Positions 1-10,660 are shown, counted from the stretch's first letter. The stretch is 64,000 nucleotides of DNA from Ignavibacteriales bacterium (GCA_050260055.1 JBLNBO010000042.1:17761-81760), one strand, 5' to 3'. Made by a program: numbers and translations. Notes: generated from the letters alone by a model not told the origin.

Positions 1-869
1 GATTTTCTATAAGCAATAAATGAATCAGCAGTTACCACCATCTTATTTATAAAATCACTGGTATATCCCGCCTTTTCTATAAGCCCATTTATTCTTTCCT
101 GTTCATAATCTAAAAGTTCAAGACCGTTTACATTATCAATTTCATCCAATGAAGCAACAAAAGTAATAATCTTTGTTTCCAGAGGTTTAAGCTTAATATC
201 AAAATAACCAGGAATATAATGGTCTTCAACTGCTTTTAATCCTCTTTCTTTTTCTGCCGCATACTCCATATTTGTAAACCAGCCATTATCAATTCCTGTA
301 AATGTGCCTTCAGATGCTTTAATTTTTATAGTTTTATCTAAGTCGTATGGCCTTATATAAACACTGCATTTTTCAGATTTCTTTGAAAAACGCATAAAAC
401 TCTGAGAAGCATCACCATGATAATCTCTGAAGTTAACAACAGGGGTTACTTTAAATACCGCTTTATCATTTCCATTAGAAATCTTATATAATATAACAAC
501 AGAATTCTTTTTATAAATCATGAATATTTTCTTTTCGATAGTAACATCATGGATGCTATAAATGAACGTAGGAAATGGATTAATCACAAATCTTTGCAGA
601 TAGTGATAACCTGTACCAGTATACCCCGGAGTTTGATTAGCGAAGATATCATATTTTTTACCGTATATTTCGAATGATTCATCGAGTTTGGAAAGAATAA
701 GGTGTCTATTTACGGGAGGATGAAGTGCTGCAGTTAATAATCCATGGTATCTTCTTGAGTTGGCTCCGATTATTGTGGAAGAAGCAAATCCTCCAATTCC
801 ATTTGCTACTATCCATTCTCTCTGTATTCCCTGTTCAAAGGTTCTCCAATATGCCTTCCCAAATTCCAT
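1..869 (-). CDS. Glycogen debranching enzyme family protein, N-terminal part (ORF runs off the left edge of the window)
   Basis: Absent from the ORF track because no stop codon lies inside the window. Reverse-strand ATG at 867-869 is preceded by AGGAGAA, and the frame stays open to position 1. The translation MEFGKAYWRTFEQGIQREWIVANGIGGFASSTIIGANSRRYHGLL... resembles the conserved N-terminal domain of bacterial/archaeal-type glycogen debranching enzymes. Confidence 0.6.
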   Translation of the reverse strand, partial: MEFGKAYWRTFEQGIQREWIVANGIGGFASSTIIGANSRRYHGLLTAALHPPVNRHLILSKLDESFEIYGKKYDIFANQTPGYTGTGYHYLQRFVINPFPTFIYSIHDVTIEKKIFMIYKKNSVVILYKISNGNDKAVFKVTPVVNFRDYHGDASQSFMRFSKKSEKCSVYIRPYDLDKTIKIKASEGTFTGIDNGWFTNMEYAAEKERGLKAVEDHYIPGYFDIKLKPLETKIITFVASLDEIDNVNGLELLDYEQERINGLIEKAGYTSDFINKMVVTADSFIAYRK

Positions 870-937
870 CGTGTTTTCTCCTATCTTTTCTTATCCTTAA
901 ACATTGGTTTCTACATATAATCCTTTTCAATACCATT

Positions 938-2326
938 TTAACTAATGAAATCCTTTTCGTTCCTCCCTTTAAGAAAGGAAGAAGGTTTGGGGGCCGATAC
1001 AATTTTATTGATTTTTCCCTTATTGTATAAATATTCTATCATTTTCTTTTTATCTTTAAGTATAATTTCCTCGTTAATCAGTTTAATTATTGCTAACGAA
1101 AGCTTCTTTGCATGATGTCTTACAAAACCTCTTTCAACATCTATGATATCTGCTTTGATAATTTTTATCCCCATTTTTGAAATATTTGCTTCATCAATGA
1201 TAACCCTGCTGGCGCCATCCTTACTATATTTTTGTTTTAATGATTCTTTTATTGCTCCTTTATTTGCTATGCAGTAATCAACTTTTTGGAGTTTGGAATT
1301 GTTAATAATAGCCTTTAAGTGTCCAGAAGCTGTATATTTATCGGTTTCTCCTCTTTGTGTCATTATATTGCAAACATAAATCTTTAAAGCCTTACTTTCA
1401 TTAATAGCCTCACAAATTCCATCTACCAATAAATTAGGGATTATACTTGTATATAGGCTTCCAGGCCCTAATACAACAGCATCCGCTTCTTTAATCCTCT
1501 GAATAACTTCTGGAAGTGCCGGTGGATTTGTTGGTTCAAGAAATATATGCTTTATTGCTGCATTTCGGTCTTTGCACTCACTTACAATATTTGTTTCTCC
1601 AAGAATAACACTTTTGTCCTCAAGTTCAGCACACAATCTTATATCTGAAAGTGTTACCGGTAAAACATCTCCGGTAACTGCTAAAACATGGCTCATTTTC
1701 TTAACTGCTTCCTCGAAACTCCCTGATACGCCTGACATTGCAGCTAAAAATAAATTCCCGAAGTTTTGTCCTTTCAGCATACCTTCAGTAAATCTATATT
1801 GAAGAAGTTTTTCAAGTATAGGCTCAGTTCTTGCTAATGCAAGAATGCAATTTCTGATATCTCCGGGCGGCAGAATTCCAAGGTCTTCCCTTAATACACC
1901 GGAGCCGCCTCCATCATCAGATACTGTAACAACTGCTGTAAGATTTGAGGTAAAATCCTTTAAACCTCTTAACATAGTTGATAGACCAGTACCCCCGCCT
2001 ATAACGACAATCTTAGGCCCTGATTCAAGATAACGTTTCTCCAATAGCATTGTACCGATTGTTTTTGAATTTACCTGTCCATGATAACCTGCTTCATTAA
2101 CAACTCTAATGATTGTTCTTCCAATAAAAATTATAGATAGGATTAGTATGCATAGGCCTGATGCTATAGCTGCAACAGCAACAAGAACATAAGAATCGTA
2201 AGGTATGTTAGAGGTCATAAAAAGAGCAATTCCATAGCTTTGCATAAGTATTCCTATTATTCCGAGAAATACCCAGCGTTTTATATTCAATCCAGGTCTT
2301 AGCCAGTCAATAAACCTCATCTGCAA
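938..2326 (-). CDS. yvcK: YvcK-family gluconeogenesis/cell-shape factor (CofD-like) with N-terminal membrane anchor
   Basis: 462-aa ORF with the VVIGGGTGLSTMLRGLK loop typical of YvcK/CofD proteins. The first ~90 aa are hydrophobic (predicted TM segments). It lies directly downstream of rapZ, as in the conserved rapZ-yvcK arrangement. Confidence 0.85.
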   Translation of the reverse strand: MQMRFIDWLRPGLNIKRWVFLGIIGILMQSYGIALFMTSNIPYDSYVLVAVAAIASGLCILILSIIFIGRTIIRVVNEAGYHGQVNSKTIGTMLLEKRYLESGPKIVVIGGGTGLSTMLRGLKDFTSNLTAVVTVSDDGGGSGVLREDLGILPPGDIRNCILALARTEPILEKLLQYRFTEGMLKGQNFGNLFLAAMSGVSGSFEEAVKKMSHVLAVTGDVLPVTLSDIRLCAELEDKSVILGETNIVSECKDRNAAIKHIFLEPTNPPALPEVIQRIKEADAVVLGPGSLYTSIIPNLLVDGICEAINESKALKIYVCNIMTQRGETDKYTASGHLKAIINNSKLQKVDYCIANKGAIKESLKQKYSKDGASRVIIDEANISKMGIKIIKADIIDVERGFVRHHAKKLSLAIIKLINEEIILKDKKKMIEYLYNKGKINKIVSAPKPSSFLKGRNEKDFIS

Positions 2327-2339
2327 TCAATCCCCTCAT

Positions 2340-3203
2340 TTAGCAGCTGTCCTTGCCTATATCCCTGTGTTCGACAATAATGCGGTGGCCTTTGGATTCA
2401 AGCATGCCCGCAAGTTCTTCAGCAATAGTAATTGACCTATGCTTTCCTCCAGTACAACCAATTGAAATTACCAGCTGTGATTTGCCTTCTTTGATGTAAT
2501 TAGGAATCAAAAATTCTAACATATCATTAGTCTTTTTAACAAATTCTTTGGTTTCATCAAATTGTAAAACATATTCTTTTACAAGCTTATCTTTTCCTGT
2601 TTGTTTTTTAAGGTTTTCAATATAGAAAGGGTTAGGTATAAATCTAACATCAAACACTAAATCCGATTCTATAGGTATTCCATACTTAAATCCAAAAGAA
2701 ATTACAGAAATAATTACTCCTTCAAAACTTTTCCCTTCAAGGAATATACTATTAATCTGTTCTTTTAATTGCCGCGTTGAAAGATTGGATGTATCTATAA
2801 TATAATTTGCTCTCTTCTTAAGACCCTCAAGAAGCGCTTTTTCTTTTTCGATTCCAGTAATAATCCTGCCTTCCGGTGAGAGTGGATGCGAACGTCTAGT
2901 CTCCTTAAATCTTTTTATAAGAACCTGGTCTGATGCTTCTAAAAAGAGAATTTCATATGAAAAGCCCTGCTCTTTCATTGAGGATAGGTATTCGAAAAGT
3001 TCATCAAATAGCTTTCCGCCTCTAATGTCTATTACTATTGCAACCTTTTCGATGTTACTGTTAGTTTGACTGCAAAGCTCAGTAAATTTTGGCAGTAAGG
3101 CCGGCGGCAAATTATCAACACAAAAAAATCCATGATCCTCAAGGAATTTTATTGCCTGACTTTTTCCTGCCCCTGATAAACCTGTTACTATTACAAACCT
3201 CAC
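2340..3203 (-). CDS. rapZ: RNase adapter protein RapZ (YvcJ), P-loop ATPase
   Basis: N-terminal Walker [16 protein letters not shown] and C-terminal GCTGGKHRS motif. Length 287 aa. Confidence 0.9.
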   Translation of the reverse strand: MRFVIVTGLSGAGKSQAIKFLEDHGFFCVDNLPPALLPKFTELCSQTNSNIEKVAIVIDIRGGKLFDELFEYLSSMKEQGFSYEILFLEASDQVLIKRFKETRRSHPLSPEGRIITGIEKEKALLEGLKKRANYIIDTSNLSTRQLKEQINSIFLEGKSFEGVIISVISFGFKYGIPIESDLVFDVRFIPNPFYIENLKKQTGKDKLVKEYVLQFDETKEFVKKTNDMLEFLIPNYIKEGKSQLVISIGCTGGKHRSITIAEELAGMLESKGHRIIVEHRDIGKDSC

Positions 3204-3230
3204 TTTTTTTATCCTTTCATTCTTTAGTAT

Positions 3231-4148
3231 TTAGTCTTCTCCAATTATTTTTACTTCTGTTTCAAGTTCAACCCCAAACTTTATTTTAACAATTTCTTTT
3301 GCATATTCAATCAAATGGATAATATCCGACGCTCTAGCCTTACCTCTATTAATTATAAATCCAGTATGTTTATCTGAAATTTGCGCACCACCATGGATTA
3401 TTCCCTTTAAGCCAGCATCTTCAATTAATTTTCCGGCGAAATAACCTTCTGGCCTTTTAAATACACTACCTGCGCTGGGATATGCAAGCGGCTGTTTCTC
3501 ATTTCTTTGGAGCATAAGGTTAGTCATTTTCTCTTTTATTTCAGCCATATCACTCATTACAAGCTTCAAGGCCGCTTTTATCACTATTACTTTTTTATCA
3601 CTGTAAAAACTTTTTCTATAGCCAAACTTTTGCGCATTACCATCAAGTTCATGAATAGTACCATCCATATCAATATATTCAGATTTTACTACTAAATCAC
3701 CAATTTGTTCTCCATATGCGCCAGCGTTCATTACAACCGCTCCACCCAGTGTGCCAGGAATCCCGCTGGCAAACTCCAATCCTGAAAGGCTGTTTTTCAT
3801 AGCAACATTTGATAATTTTGATAAAAGTACTCCTGTATCGGCTTCTATTATATCATTTTTAACTGAAATATTATTAAAGTTATCTAAAATGTTTATTACA
3901 ATACCTCTTATACCGCCATCTTTTACAACAAGGTTAGAGCCATTGCCAATAATAAACATTGGAATGCCTTCTTGCTTAACAAATGCTATAAGGCTTTTAA
4001 GTTCGTCAATATTTGCGGGAGCAGCAAATATGTCTGCCGGTCCCCCCACACGGAAGGATGTATGCTTGTTCATAGGCTCATTAATATGTATGTTTTTAAT
4101 CCCGATATCATCTCTGATTTTTTTAAAATATATTTCTTTATTTTCCAC
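3231..4148 (-). CDS. murB: UDP-N-acetylenolpyruvoylglucosamine reductase
   Basis: TSFRVGGPAD, GNGSNLVV and SAGSVFKRP motifs. Length 305 aa. Confidence 0.9.
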   Translation of the reverse strand: MENKEIYFKKIRDDIGIKNIHINEPMNKHTSFRVGGPADIFAAPANIDELKSLIAFVKQEGIPMFIIGNGSNLVVKDGGIRGIVINILDNFNNISVKNDIIEADTGVLLSKLSNVAMKNSLSGLEFASGIPGTLGGAVVMNAGAYGEQIGDLVVKSEYIDMDGTIHELDGNAQKFGYRKSFYSDKKVIVIKAALKLVMSDMAEIKEKMTNLMLQRNEKQPLAYPSAGSVFKRPEGYFAGKLIEDAGLKGIIHGGAQISDKHTGFIINRGKARASDIIHLIEYAKEIVKIKFGVELETEVKIIGED

Positions 4149-4180
4149 GCAAATTCACCTCGTTGAAATTTTCTTACAAC

Positions 4181-5128
4181 TTATTTTCCTAGCATTGCTG
4201 CACCTATTAAACCTGCATCCACACCTAATTCTGCAACTTTAATAACCGTCTTTGGCTCACTCTTTGTATAAATCTTTTCGTAGACTCTACTTCTAATCAT
4301 ATCTAATAAATAATCGCCCTGTCTGCTAATTCCTCCTCCAATTACAAACACCTCTGGCATAAGAACATTTATTATATTTGCAACACCTTCAGATAAGTAT
4401 TTAGCATATTTATCAATAACTTCCTTTGCAATCTTATCTCCTTGTTTTGATGCCTCAAATATAATCCTTCCATCTATTCTGGATAAATCTCCGTTTGCCA
4501 TTTTGAGAATAAGAGAATCCTTATTCTCATTACTTTGCAAGAGTTTTTTAGCTTCCCTGATAAGTGCTGGGGCTGATGAATATGCCTCCCAGCATCCTGA
4601 CCTTCCGCATGGGCATTTTTCCCCATCTGTTACAATAACAATGTGTCCTGCTTCAGCTCCGGCATAATTGAATCCGCTGTAAACTTTTTTATTTATTACA
4701 ATTCCAACACCTATTCCGGTTCCAAGAGTAATTGTCACTGAATGGTCTACATCCTTTGCCGCTCCAGCAACAGCTTCTGCTAAAGCTGCACAGTTTGCAT
4801 CGTTTTCAACATTAACTTCGATATTATAATACTTCTGGAACTCTTCCCGTATTGGAGCATCATCAAGCTTAATACTACTGTTGCATGTTACTGTGCCCAT
4901 CGTATTATTTGGAGTTCCAGGAATACCAATACCAACAGATTTAATCTGAGAAATTGCCATTCCTTCTTCATCTAGAATTTTTTTGCACAAATCTGCCATA
5001 TTCTTTACATATTCTTTATAAGTCTTGTTAATCAGGTTAGAACATGATACCTTTTTTAAAAGCTTTCCTTCTTCATTTACAAGCCCTGCCGCAATATGTG
5101 TTCCGCCGAGGTCAATTCCCAGATACAT
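4181..5128 (-). CDS. ROK-family glucokinase
   Basis: GIDLGGT N-terminus and the ROK zinc motif CPCGRSGCWEAYSS. Length 315 aa. Confidence 0.8.
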   Translation of the reverse strand: MYLGIDLGGTHIAAGLVNEEGKLLKKVSCSNLINKTYKEYVKNMADLCKKILDEEGMAISQIKSVGIGIPGTPNNTMGTVTCNSSIKLDDAPIREEFQKYYNIEVNVENDANCAALAEAVAGAAKDVDHSVTITLGTGIGVGIVINKKVYSGFNYAGAEAGHIVIVTDGEKCPCGRSGCWEAYSSAPALIREAKKLLQSNENKDSLILKMANGDLSRIDGRIIFEASKQGDKIAKEVIDKYAKYLSEGVANIINVLMPEVFVIGGGISRQGDYLLDMIRSRVYEKIYTKSEPKTVIKVAELGVDAGLIGAAMLGK

Positions 5129-5152
5129 ACAAAATCTCCTCTCACTTCTGCA

Positions 5153-5899
5153 TTAATTTATTTTTAAATGATTCAGAATCTTTTCTTTAGAAGTATTAAT
5201 AATTATTTCTTCTGGTATATCACAATCAATAATTATTTTCTTGATTATATCAAAGCTTCCTACCTCGAAACTGCTATGCGCATCACTTCCGCAGCAAATT
5301 TTTGTACCGTATTTTTTGGCTGCAAGCGCAATATTTTTCGTATATTTTTCAGAACCTTTTCTAACATAAAAAGATTTATTATTCATTTCCAAAAGTTTTC
5401 CGTATTGCTTTGCAGCGGCAACAACTTCATCTAAATCAAATTCGAATATAGGATTGTCAGGATGCCCAATGACGTCTATATTTGGGTTTTCCAGCGCCTT
5501 GATTAAGGCGTTCGTGTTCTGCTTTATTGTTCCAGGCTCAATACAAATATCATGCAAAGAAGCAATTACTATATCCAATAATTCCAAAGTTTTTTCGGGC
5601 ATATCTGTATTGCCTTCAAAATCTATAATATTTGCTTCTATTCCTTTTAGAACTCTTACTCCATCAATAATTGATGGAAAAGACGCCATGTTTCTGAAAT
5701 AATAACTATCCGGACTCCCATTCATAGAAATCCCATGATCTGTAATGGCAATTACTTCGAGCTCTTTTTTTTGTGCTGCTGCAATAAGTTCCTGAATTGT
5801 ACTATATGCATGGCCACTAGCAATAGTATGGCAATGCAAATCCGCTATTAAGTTCAAAGCATTCACCTCAAATATTAATTCCGGTACTGCCAAAGCCAC
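5153..5899 (-). CDS. PHP-domain metal-dependent phosphoesterase (YcdX-like)
   Basis: DLHCHT, ITDHG and GSDAHS histidine motifs of the PHP fold. The listed start overlaps dut by 32 nt, so the true start is probably an alternative codon near 5857-5866. Confidence 0.7.
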   Translation of the reverse strand: MALAVPELIFEVNALNLIADLHCHTIASGHAYSTIQELIAAAQKKELEVIAITDHGISMNGSPDSYYFRNMASFPSIIDGVRVLKGIEANIIDFEGNTDMPEKTLELLDIVIASLHDICIEPGTIKQNTNALIKALENPNIDVIGHPDNPIFEFDLDEVVAAAKQYGKLLEMNNKSFYVRKGSEKYTKNIALAAKKYGTKICCGSDAHSSFEVGSFDIIKKIIIDCDIPEEIIINTSKEKILNHLKIN

Positions 5900-6326
5900 C
5901 GGTTCTTGTAGTGGTATCTAAATCCTCAACCATTTCCCAGCAAATATTAACAACAGGCATAACAACAAACTGTGCAATCCTATCTCCGGGATTGATAGTC
6001 TGTTCCTCTAAGCCGATATTTACCAGGGCAACTTTAAGTTCATTTATATAATCAGAATCAATAAGGCCTACTCCATTGCTAAGGGCAATTCCTTTTTTAG
6101 AAGCTAAGCCCGACCGTGCAAAAACAAAACCTGCAAGATTTTTATCATTAATGTGAATTGCAATTCCTGTATCCACAAGTCTTCTATCTCCAGGCTTTAA
6201 AATTATTGGTTCTTCAACACATGCGCATAAATCAAGTCCTGCCGAGCCCTCTGTAGCATATTTGGGCAGTCCCCATTCAAGTATCTTTTTGTTTAGTACT
6301 TTAACCTTAATATCTTTTGAATTCAT
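5868..6326 (-). CDS. dut: dUTP diphosphatase
   Basis: GSAGLDL, ARSG, IDSDY and C-terminal GGFGSTG dUTPase motifs. Length 152 aa. Confidence 0.9.
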   Translation of the reverse strand: MNSKDIKVKVLNKKILEWGLPKYATEGSAGLDLCACVEEPIILKPGDRRLVDTGIAIHINDKNLAGFVFARSGLASKKGIALSNGVGLIDSDYINELKVALVNIGLEEQTINPGDRIAQFVVMPVVNICWEMVEDLDTTTRTGGFGSTGINI

Positions 6327-6356
6327 GACCCCACTCTAACCCTTCTTCAATTATAT

Positions 6357-6968
6357 CTAAATAGTATTAAATACTTTTTCTAAATCCATTATAAATTTTG
6401 TATATTTATATTCATCATCCGGAGTGCTAAATTCTTTAATAGAAATACCGCATTCATATCTGTCATCAGATGTATCTTTTAATCTTACAACTTCTCCAGT
6501 CATAGTACAGACTCTTGATGGATATGACAATAACAGTTTAACATCCAGCAGTTCATTCTTCTTATATAGTTTCTTTGTCTCCAGAAGCAATCCGCGCCTG
6601 CTTATATTTATAATTGATGCAGGCTGTTTTTGTTCAGTAAATGCCATTATCCTCATATTTATTCTCTTAGCTGCTCTTGCATTATAAAACCGCTCGATGT
6701 CTGTTTCCGGCTTGATTATAAGTGTTAAGCCTTCACTTCTGATATCAATTCCGGTAATTCTTGCTTTAAAATAATATTCTAAATCACCTTCAGGAACCCT
6801 GCAGGCAATTACATCATCTATAAGTAATCCAGTTTTCTCAAAATCTCTTGATATTATTAGAAATATCTCCTCGTCTTCAATCTTGGAGACCACGCTGTAA
6901 ACATACTGATGAACCGGGGAATAATCAATAAACAGGTATTTGTTCAAGAATTGGCAGAAATCGAACAT
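6357..6968 (-). CDS. PilZ-domain protein (putative c-di-GMP receptor)
   Basis: RINMR (RxxxR) followed by NISRRG (D/NxSxxG) in the C-terminal half. The track start at 7025 is a TTG. The ATG at 6968 has a better RBS (AAGAAAGGGA), so it is used here. Confidence 0.55.
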   Translation of the reverse strand: MFDFCQFLNKYLFIDYSPVHQYVYSVVSKIEDEEIFLIISRDFEKTGLLIDDVIACRVPEGDLEYYFKARITGIDIRSEGLTLIIKPETDIERFYNARAAKRINMRIMAFTEQKQPASIINISRRGLLLETKKLYKKNELLDVKLLLSYPSRVCTMTGEVVRLKDTSDDRYECGISIKEFSTPDDEYKYTKFIMDLEKVFNTI

Positions 6969-7076
6969 AATTTGTATCCCTTTCTTGTCAGCAAATAAAA
7001 TTTTAAGTGACAAATTTTTTCCCAACCATAACTATTATATTTATATAATTCTGCCAATTCAAGCCAAATAATAAAT

Positions 7077-8039
7077 TTATTCTTCTTTCTTTTTTTCCAT
7101 ATCCTTTAAGTTATCAATAACTAGTTTTCCCTTCAACCTTATTAAAGGATAATCATTTATTTTAACTACTTTTTCTAAATCCATAATGGCAAAATCAACT
7201 TTATTGACTTTTTCTTGCTGTTCTTTCTCAATTGTTGCCCTTAGAGTTTGAAACAAATTTTTAGCAAGGTTCATGTTTTCAAAAACCTTATCCCATTTCT
7301 TTACAGCAGAATACAATATTACATTTCTTATATAGTATTTTAGTTTTAGAACATCTACCGGGTAATCCAGCTTGTAATATACCCAAAAATTAATAAGTGA
7401 AAAATTTAAGTTATTTGCAATTATTGTGGCTTCCTCTTTCTTCTTTAGAAGAATCAAATTAGTAAATTTGTTTAAAGTACTTTCAAAACTGTCTATGTTA
7501 TTTTTTGATACGCCATCCTTTGCCGCCTGAGATACATAATCGTTCCATTCAATATGAATTTTTTGTACGTCTTTTACAGCTTGCTCCCAATTAACAGGCT
7601 GTTCTTGTTGGAGTAAGCTTTTTTTCTCAGACTTGTTCTGCCCAGCCGACTGTTGGCTACTGCCCTGTCCTTGTGAAGAACCGGATTTGCCGCCTTGTTG
7701 TGATTGTCCTCCCTGCCCAGAACTGCCTGTCTGCCCTCCTTGTTGTCCTCCTTGCTGTCCCCCTTGCTGTCCCCCTTGCTGTCCTCCCGATTGTGATTGC
7801 GATTCTTGTTCCTTTTTCTGTTGTTCTTTTAAATCAATCACAGGAATCCCGGTAAGCATTGCAATCATAGCCTCAATATCATCTTGAATTTTCTTAAGCT
7901 TCTCGGGATCTTTCTTTTTTTCCCCCGAGCTGGATTTCTGAGACTGCTGTTGACCCTGTCCCTGCTGTTTGTCTGGACATCCGGTTAAGATAAGCGGTAT
8001 TAGGGCTAGTATGGTTAGAACAATAAACTTATTTTTCAT
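7077..8039 (-). CDS. Lipoprotein with Gln/Gly/Ser-rich low-complexity linker
   Basis: Signal peptide with lipobox LILTGC. The central region is SGGQQGGQQGGQQGGQQGGQTGSSGQGGQSQQ. The C-terminal ~170 aa are globular with no recognised motif. Confidence 0.5.
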   Translation of the reverse strand: MKNKFIVLTILALIPLILTGCPDKQQGQGQQQSQKSSSGEKKKDPEKLKKIQDDIEAMIAMLTGIPVIDLKEQQKKEQESQSQSGGQQGGQQGGQQGGQQGGQTGSSGQGGQSQQGGKSGSSQGQGSSQQSAGQNKSEKKSLLQQEQPVNWEQAVKDVQKIHIEWNDYVSQAAKDGVSKNNIDSFESTLNKFTNLILLKKKEEATIIANNLNFSLINFWVYYKLDYPVDVLKLKYYIRNVILYSAVKKWDKVFENMNLAKNLFQTLRATIEKEQQEKVNKVDFAIMDLEKVVKINDYPLIRLKGKLVIDNLKDMEKKKEE

Positions 8040-8103
8040 TTAAATCATACCTCTTTGTTAATATGTTTTTATTATTATTTCCAATAAATAACGGCATAAT
8101 TCA

Positions 8104-8139
8104 AATAAAAAAATCCGAAAACAAATTCGGATTTTTTTA
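8104..8139. terminator. Bidirectional intrinsic terminator
   Basis: AATCCGAA (8112-8119) pairs with TTCGGATT (8126-8133), flanked by an A-run and a T-run. Confidence 0.7.
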
Positions 8140-8185
8140 TTTGAATTATGCATGCTGCTCTTTAAAAATATAGTTAAAATTAATA

Positions 8186-9232
8186 TTATTCAAATATGAC
8201 CTTTGAATTTACCGGTATAATTTGAATCCATATCTGCCCCTTATTAAACATTACCTCAGAGCCATCCAAATATTTATATATTGTCCTTTCAGTTGGTGTA
8301 TCTTTCTTCCAGGTAATGGGTACGTATTTACCGTTTGTAACAAAGTAACCCTTCCCGCTTCCTACAGTATCCATCTGCTGTCTTCCTTTATTTTTGCCAT
8401 TTTGGTCTGGACCATCACCTAATGGATAATTTTTCACTCTTTCAATTATAATGTTCTTAGCTGTATATTGCACACCACTCACAGCATCAGTATGCGCCTT
8501 GATGCCGACAAATCTCTTGTACAGCTTGGTCTTTTCGTCATACTCATAGTTAATTTTCTTAAATCCGGAATATATTACATTAACCTTATTGGATGCTGTT
8601 CCATCTTTCAACTCTACTTCAATAGGGCTGTAACTGAAAACGCTCTCTGTTGTTGTATCTCTATATTTCTTTTTCTTTGCCAGATTTTTAATTTTTTCCA
8701 TACTTGTAAAGGCATTATGCCAATCACTCCATTTTTTAGGGTTTCTCCAGAATATCGAACCATCACTTGTGACACCATTTATATTGTTTACACGAAGGTC
8801 TCTGATTGTTTTCTGAGCAAGAGGACTCCATCCGTAATGCACATATATTGCATCATGCTCCATCGCATAATGAATAAAATAATGTCTCGAACTTCTTACT
8901 GGTCCAATTGTAGATGGATTTACCCCTTTGAATAATGCCATCAACCTTGAATCTGAACCTTCAACAATCATTTCATACACTGCATAAGCCTTATCTAGTC
9001 CAGAATGTCTGGATGTAGCAACTCCTTCATTATCTATCATAACCGCAATTGGTCTTTCATCAGTTTGAACAACTATATCTGCTGGTGAATTTTTTGTTTC
9101 TTCTATAGCAGTAGTTTTAGGCTGTTGATTTGGAACTGAAATAGGGTTCCCATCTTTTTTTACGCAGCCAGGTAACAGCATTATCAATAATGATATCAGA
9201 GCAAATGCAGTAATTACCCAGATTTTTTTCAT
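8186..9232 (-). CDS. DUF3048-family lipoprotein (YerB-like)
   Basis: Lipobox LLPGC. PIAVMIDNEG...AYAVYEMIVEGSDSRLMALF resembles the DUF3048/YerB family. Confidence 0.6.
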   Translation of the reverse strand: MKKIWVITAFALISLLIMLLPGCVKKDGNPISVPNQQPKTTAIEETKNSPADIVVQTDERPIAVMIDNEGVATSRHSGLDKAYAVYEMIVEGSDSRLMALFKGVNPSTIGPVRSSRHYFIHYAMEHDAIYVHYGWSPLAQKTIRDLRVNNINGVTSDGSIFWRNPKKWSDWHNAFTSMEKIKNLAKKKKYRDTTTESVFSYSPIEVELKDGTASNKVNVIYSGFKKINYEYDEKTKLYKRFVGIKAHTDAVSGVQYTAKNIIIERVKNYPLGDGPDQNGKNKGRQQMDTVGSGKGYFVTNGKYVPITWKKDTPTERTIYKYLDGSEVMFNKGQIWIQIIPVNSKVIFE

Positions 9233-9411
9233 ATGTATACCTCCAAAGATAATTTTTCATTACCTATTTTAGCATTTATGCTTCAATTTTTCTATAAAAA
9301 ACCTCCATACTGCTCCTGCAAAATTTTGTTAGCGGCAGTTTTTTTATTTATATACTAACAAAAAAATGCTATAATTATAATAATAAGATATTAATAAAAG
9401 GAGATAATCAA

Positions 9412-10575
9412 ATGAGAAAAAAATTTATTAAGCTTTTATTTGTTACGACTATAATTTTCGCTTTTCTACAAATTAGCTCCTATGCAGAAACTAGTACATA
9501 CTCACATTGGGCATATGAAAATTATCTTATAGCCAAGGAAGATAATTGGCTAATAGGTGAAGACGGCGGAGGTTTTTCGTTTGATAAGGCCTCATCAAGA
9601 GAAAGAGCTATTGCAACACTGGTACAAGCATGGGAAAATGCTGTAAATAACGGTAAGACTAGCAACTATTTAAAGTCTGCACCAGCTGATACATTAAATA
9701 ACTTTACCGATGTCTCCAAGATATCACCAAGATTCAAGGATGCAGTTGCAACTGCTGTAGCAAATGGAATAATAAAAGGAGATGCAAATAAAATAAATCC
9801 TAAAAGCAGCATTACAAGGGCTGAATTTGCAGTTATACTCTCAAGAATTGTAAAATCAAATACAACTTCAGGTAAATCTGTTTTTAAGGATAATCTTCCT
9901 GACTGGGCAAAAGATGGAATATTAAAAGCTTATTCTGTCGGCCTTATAAAGGGATATTCCGATAATACATTTAAACCTGGGTTAACTATCACAAATTCCG
10001 AAGCACTTACAATGATAAAGAGATGGGCTTATGGTGAAGATATTTATACGGTTTTAAATGATACCCAGATCAAAAGGCTCATGTCATATCCAGTATATAA
10101 GGGAGAAAGTTATTTAGATAATGCCAGTTATCGAAAGGATTACAAGACAGAATTCCACCAGCTTGCGAAAGCAGCAAAAGATTATGTTACTGTAATGGGC
10201 ACATATAACTATAAGGATTTGCAGGATACCCAAAAAAGAGAGGCATTAAAAGATTTCTATCTAAAATACTCCATTTCACCAGTCAATGGTGAGAAATTTA
10301 TTAATACATATATAGATGATATCATTAAGAACAAAAGAGTAAAAACTACACGATTTTTATTAAGCAGTTCCACAATATACAAGGATGGCAAATATAAAGC
10401 AACGCGCATCAAAGGAATAGAAGAGTCCGTATTGCTTGGAGGCGTACCAGAAAGTAAAAACATTAATGTTGGTAAAAAATATCAGCAAGATATAGAATTA
10501 ACCATTGTGAAAAGTTTAGACAAAACAACTTTACTTTTTGTTAACAATCTTTCAGAGCCTATGCTTGTTAAATAA
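9412..10575 (+). CDS. S-layer homology (SLH) domain surface protein
   Basis: Signal peptide, then three SLH-like repeats (e.g. FTDVSKISPRFKDAVATAVANGIIKGD...ITRAEFAVILSRI and FKDNLPDWAKDGILKAYSVGLIKGYSDNTFKP). The C-terminal domain is shared with the next gene. Confidence 0.65.
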   Translation: MRKKFIKLLFVTTIIFAFLQISSYAETSTYSHWAYENYLIAKEDNWLIGEDGGGFSFDKASSRERAIATLVQAWENAVNNGKTSNYLKSAPADTLNNFTDVSKISPRFKDAVATAVANGIIKGDANKINPKSSITRAEFAVILSRIVKSNTTSGKSVFKDNLPDWAKDGILKAYSVGLIKGYSDNTFKPGLTITNSEALTMIKRWAYGEDIYTVLNDTQIKRLMSYPVYKGESYLDNASYRKDYKTEFHQLAKAAKDYVTVMGTYNYKDLQDTQKREALKDFYLKYSISPVNGEKFINTYIDDIIKNKRVKTTRFLLSSSTIYKDGKYKATRIKGIEESVLLGGVPESKNINVGKKYQQDIELTIVKSLDKTTLLFVNNLSEPMLVK

Positions 10576-10613
10576 TTTGTTATTATAATTTTTCTTATAT
10601 ATCTCTAAATAAA

Positions 10614-10660
10614 AAAGCTGGAAAATGCTATAAAAGCTGATATTCCAGCTTTTATTTTTT
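10614..10660 (+). terminator. Intrinsic terminator
   Basis: AGCTGGAA (10616-10623) pairs with TTCCAGCT (10643-10650), followed by TTTTATTTTTT. Confidence 0.7.

Noticed and set aside
725-1030. Numerous 60-160-aa ORFs in the track lying antisense to or nested within long genes (e.g. 725..1030, 1572..1802, 3751..4242, 8468..8935, 28482..28808, 42878..43210, 48100..48507, 53730..53978, 57146..57508)
   Set aside because: They lack RBSs and have low-complexity or hydrophobic AT-rich-codon composition. They overlap ORFs with clear family motifs, so they are treated as six-frame noise.
7633-7887. Plus-strand 84-aa ORF with a striking CCPPCCPPCCPP pattern
   Set aside because: It is the reverse-complement shadow of the GGQQ-repeat region of the minus-strand lipoprotein gene. 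It has no RBS, and the minus-strand gene has a signal peptide, a lipobox and a coherent C-terminal domain.
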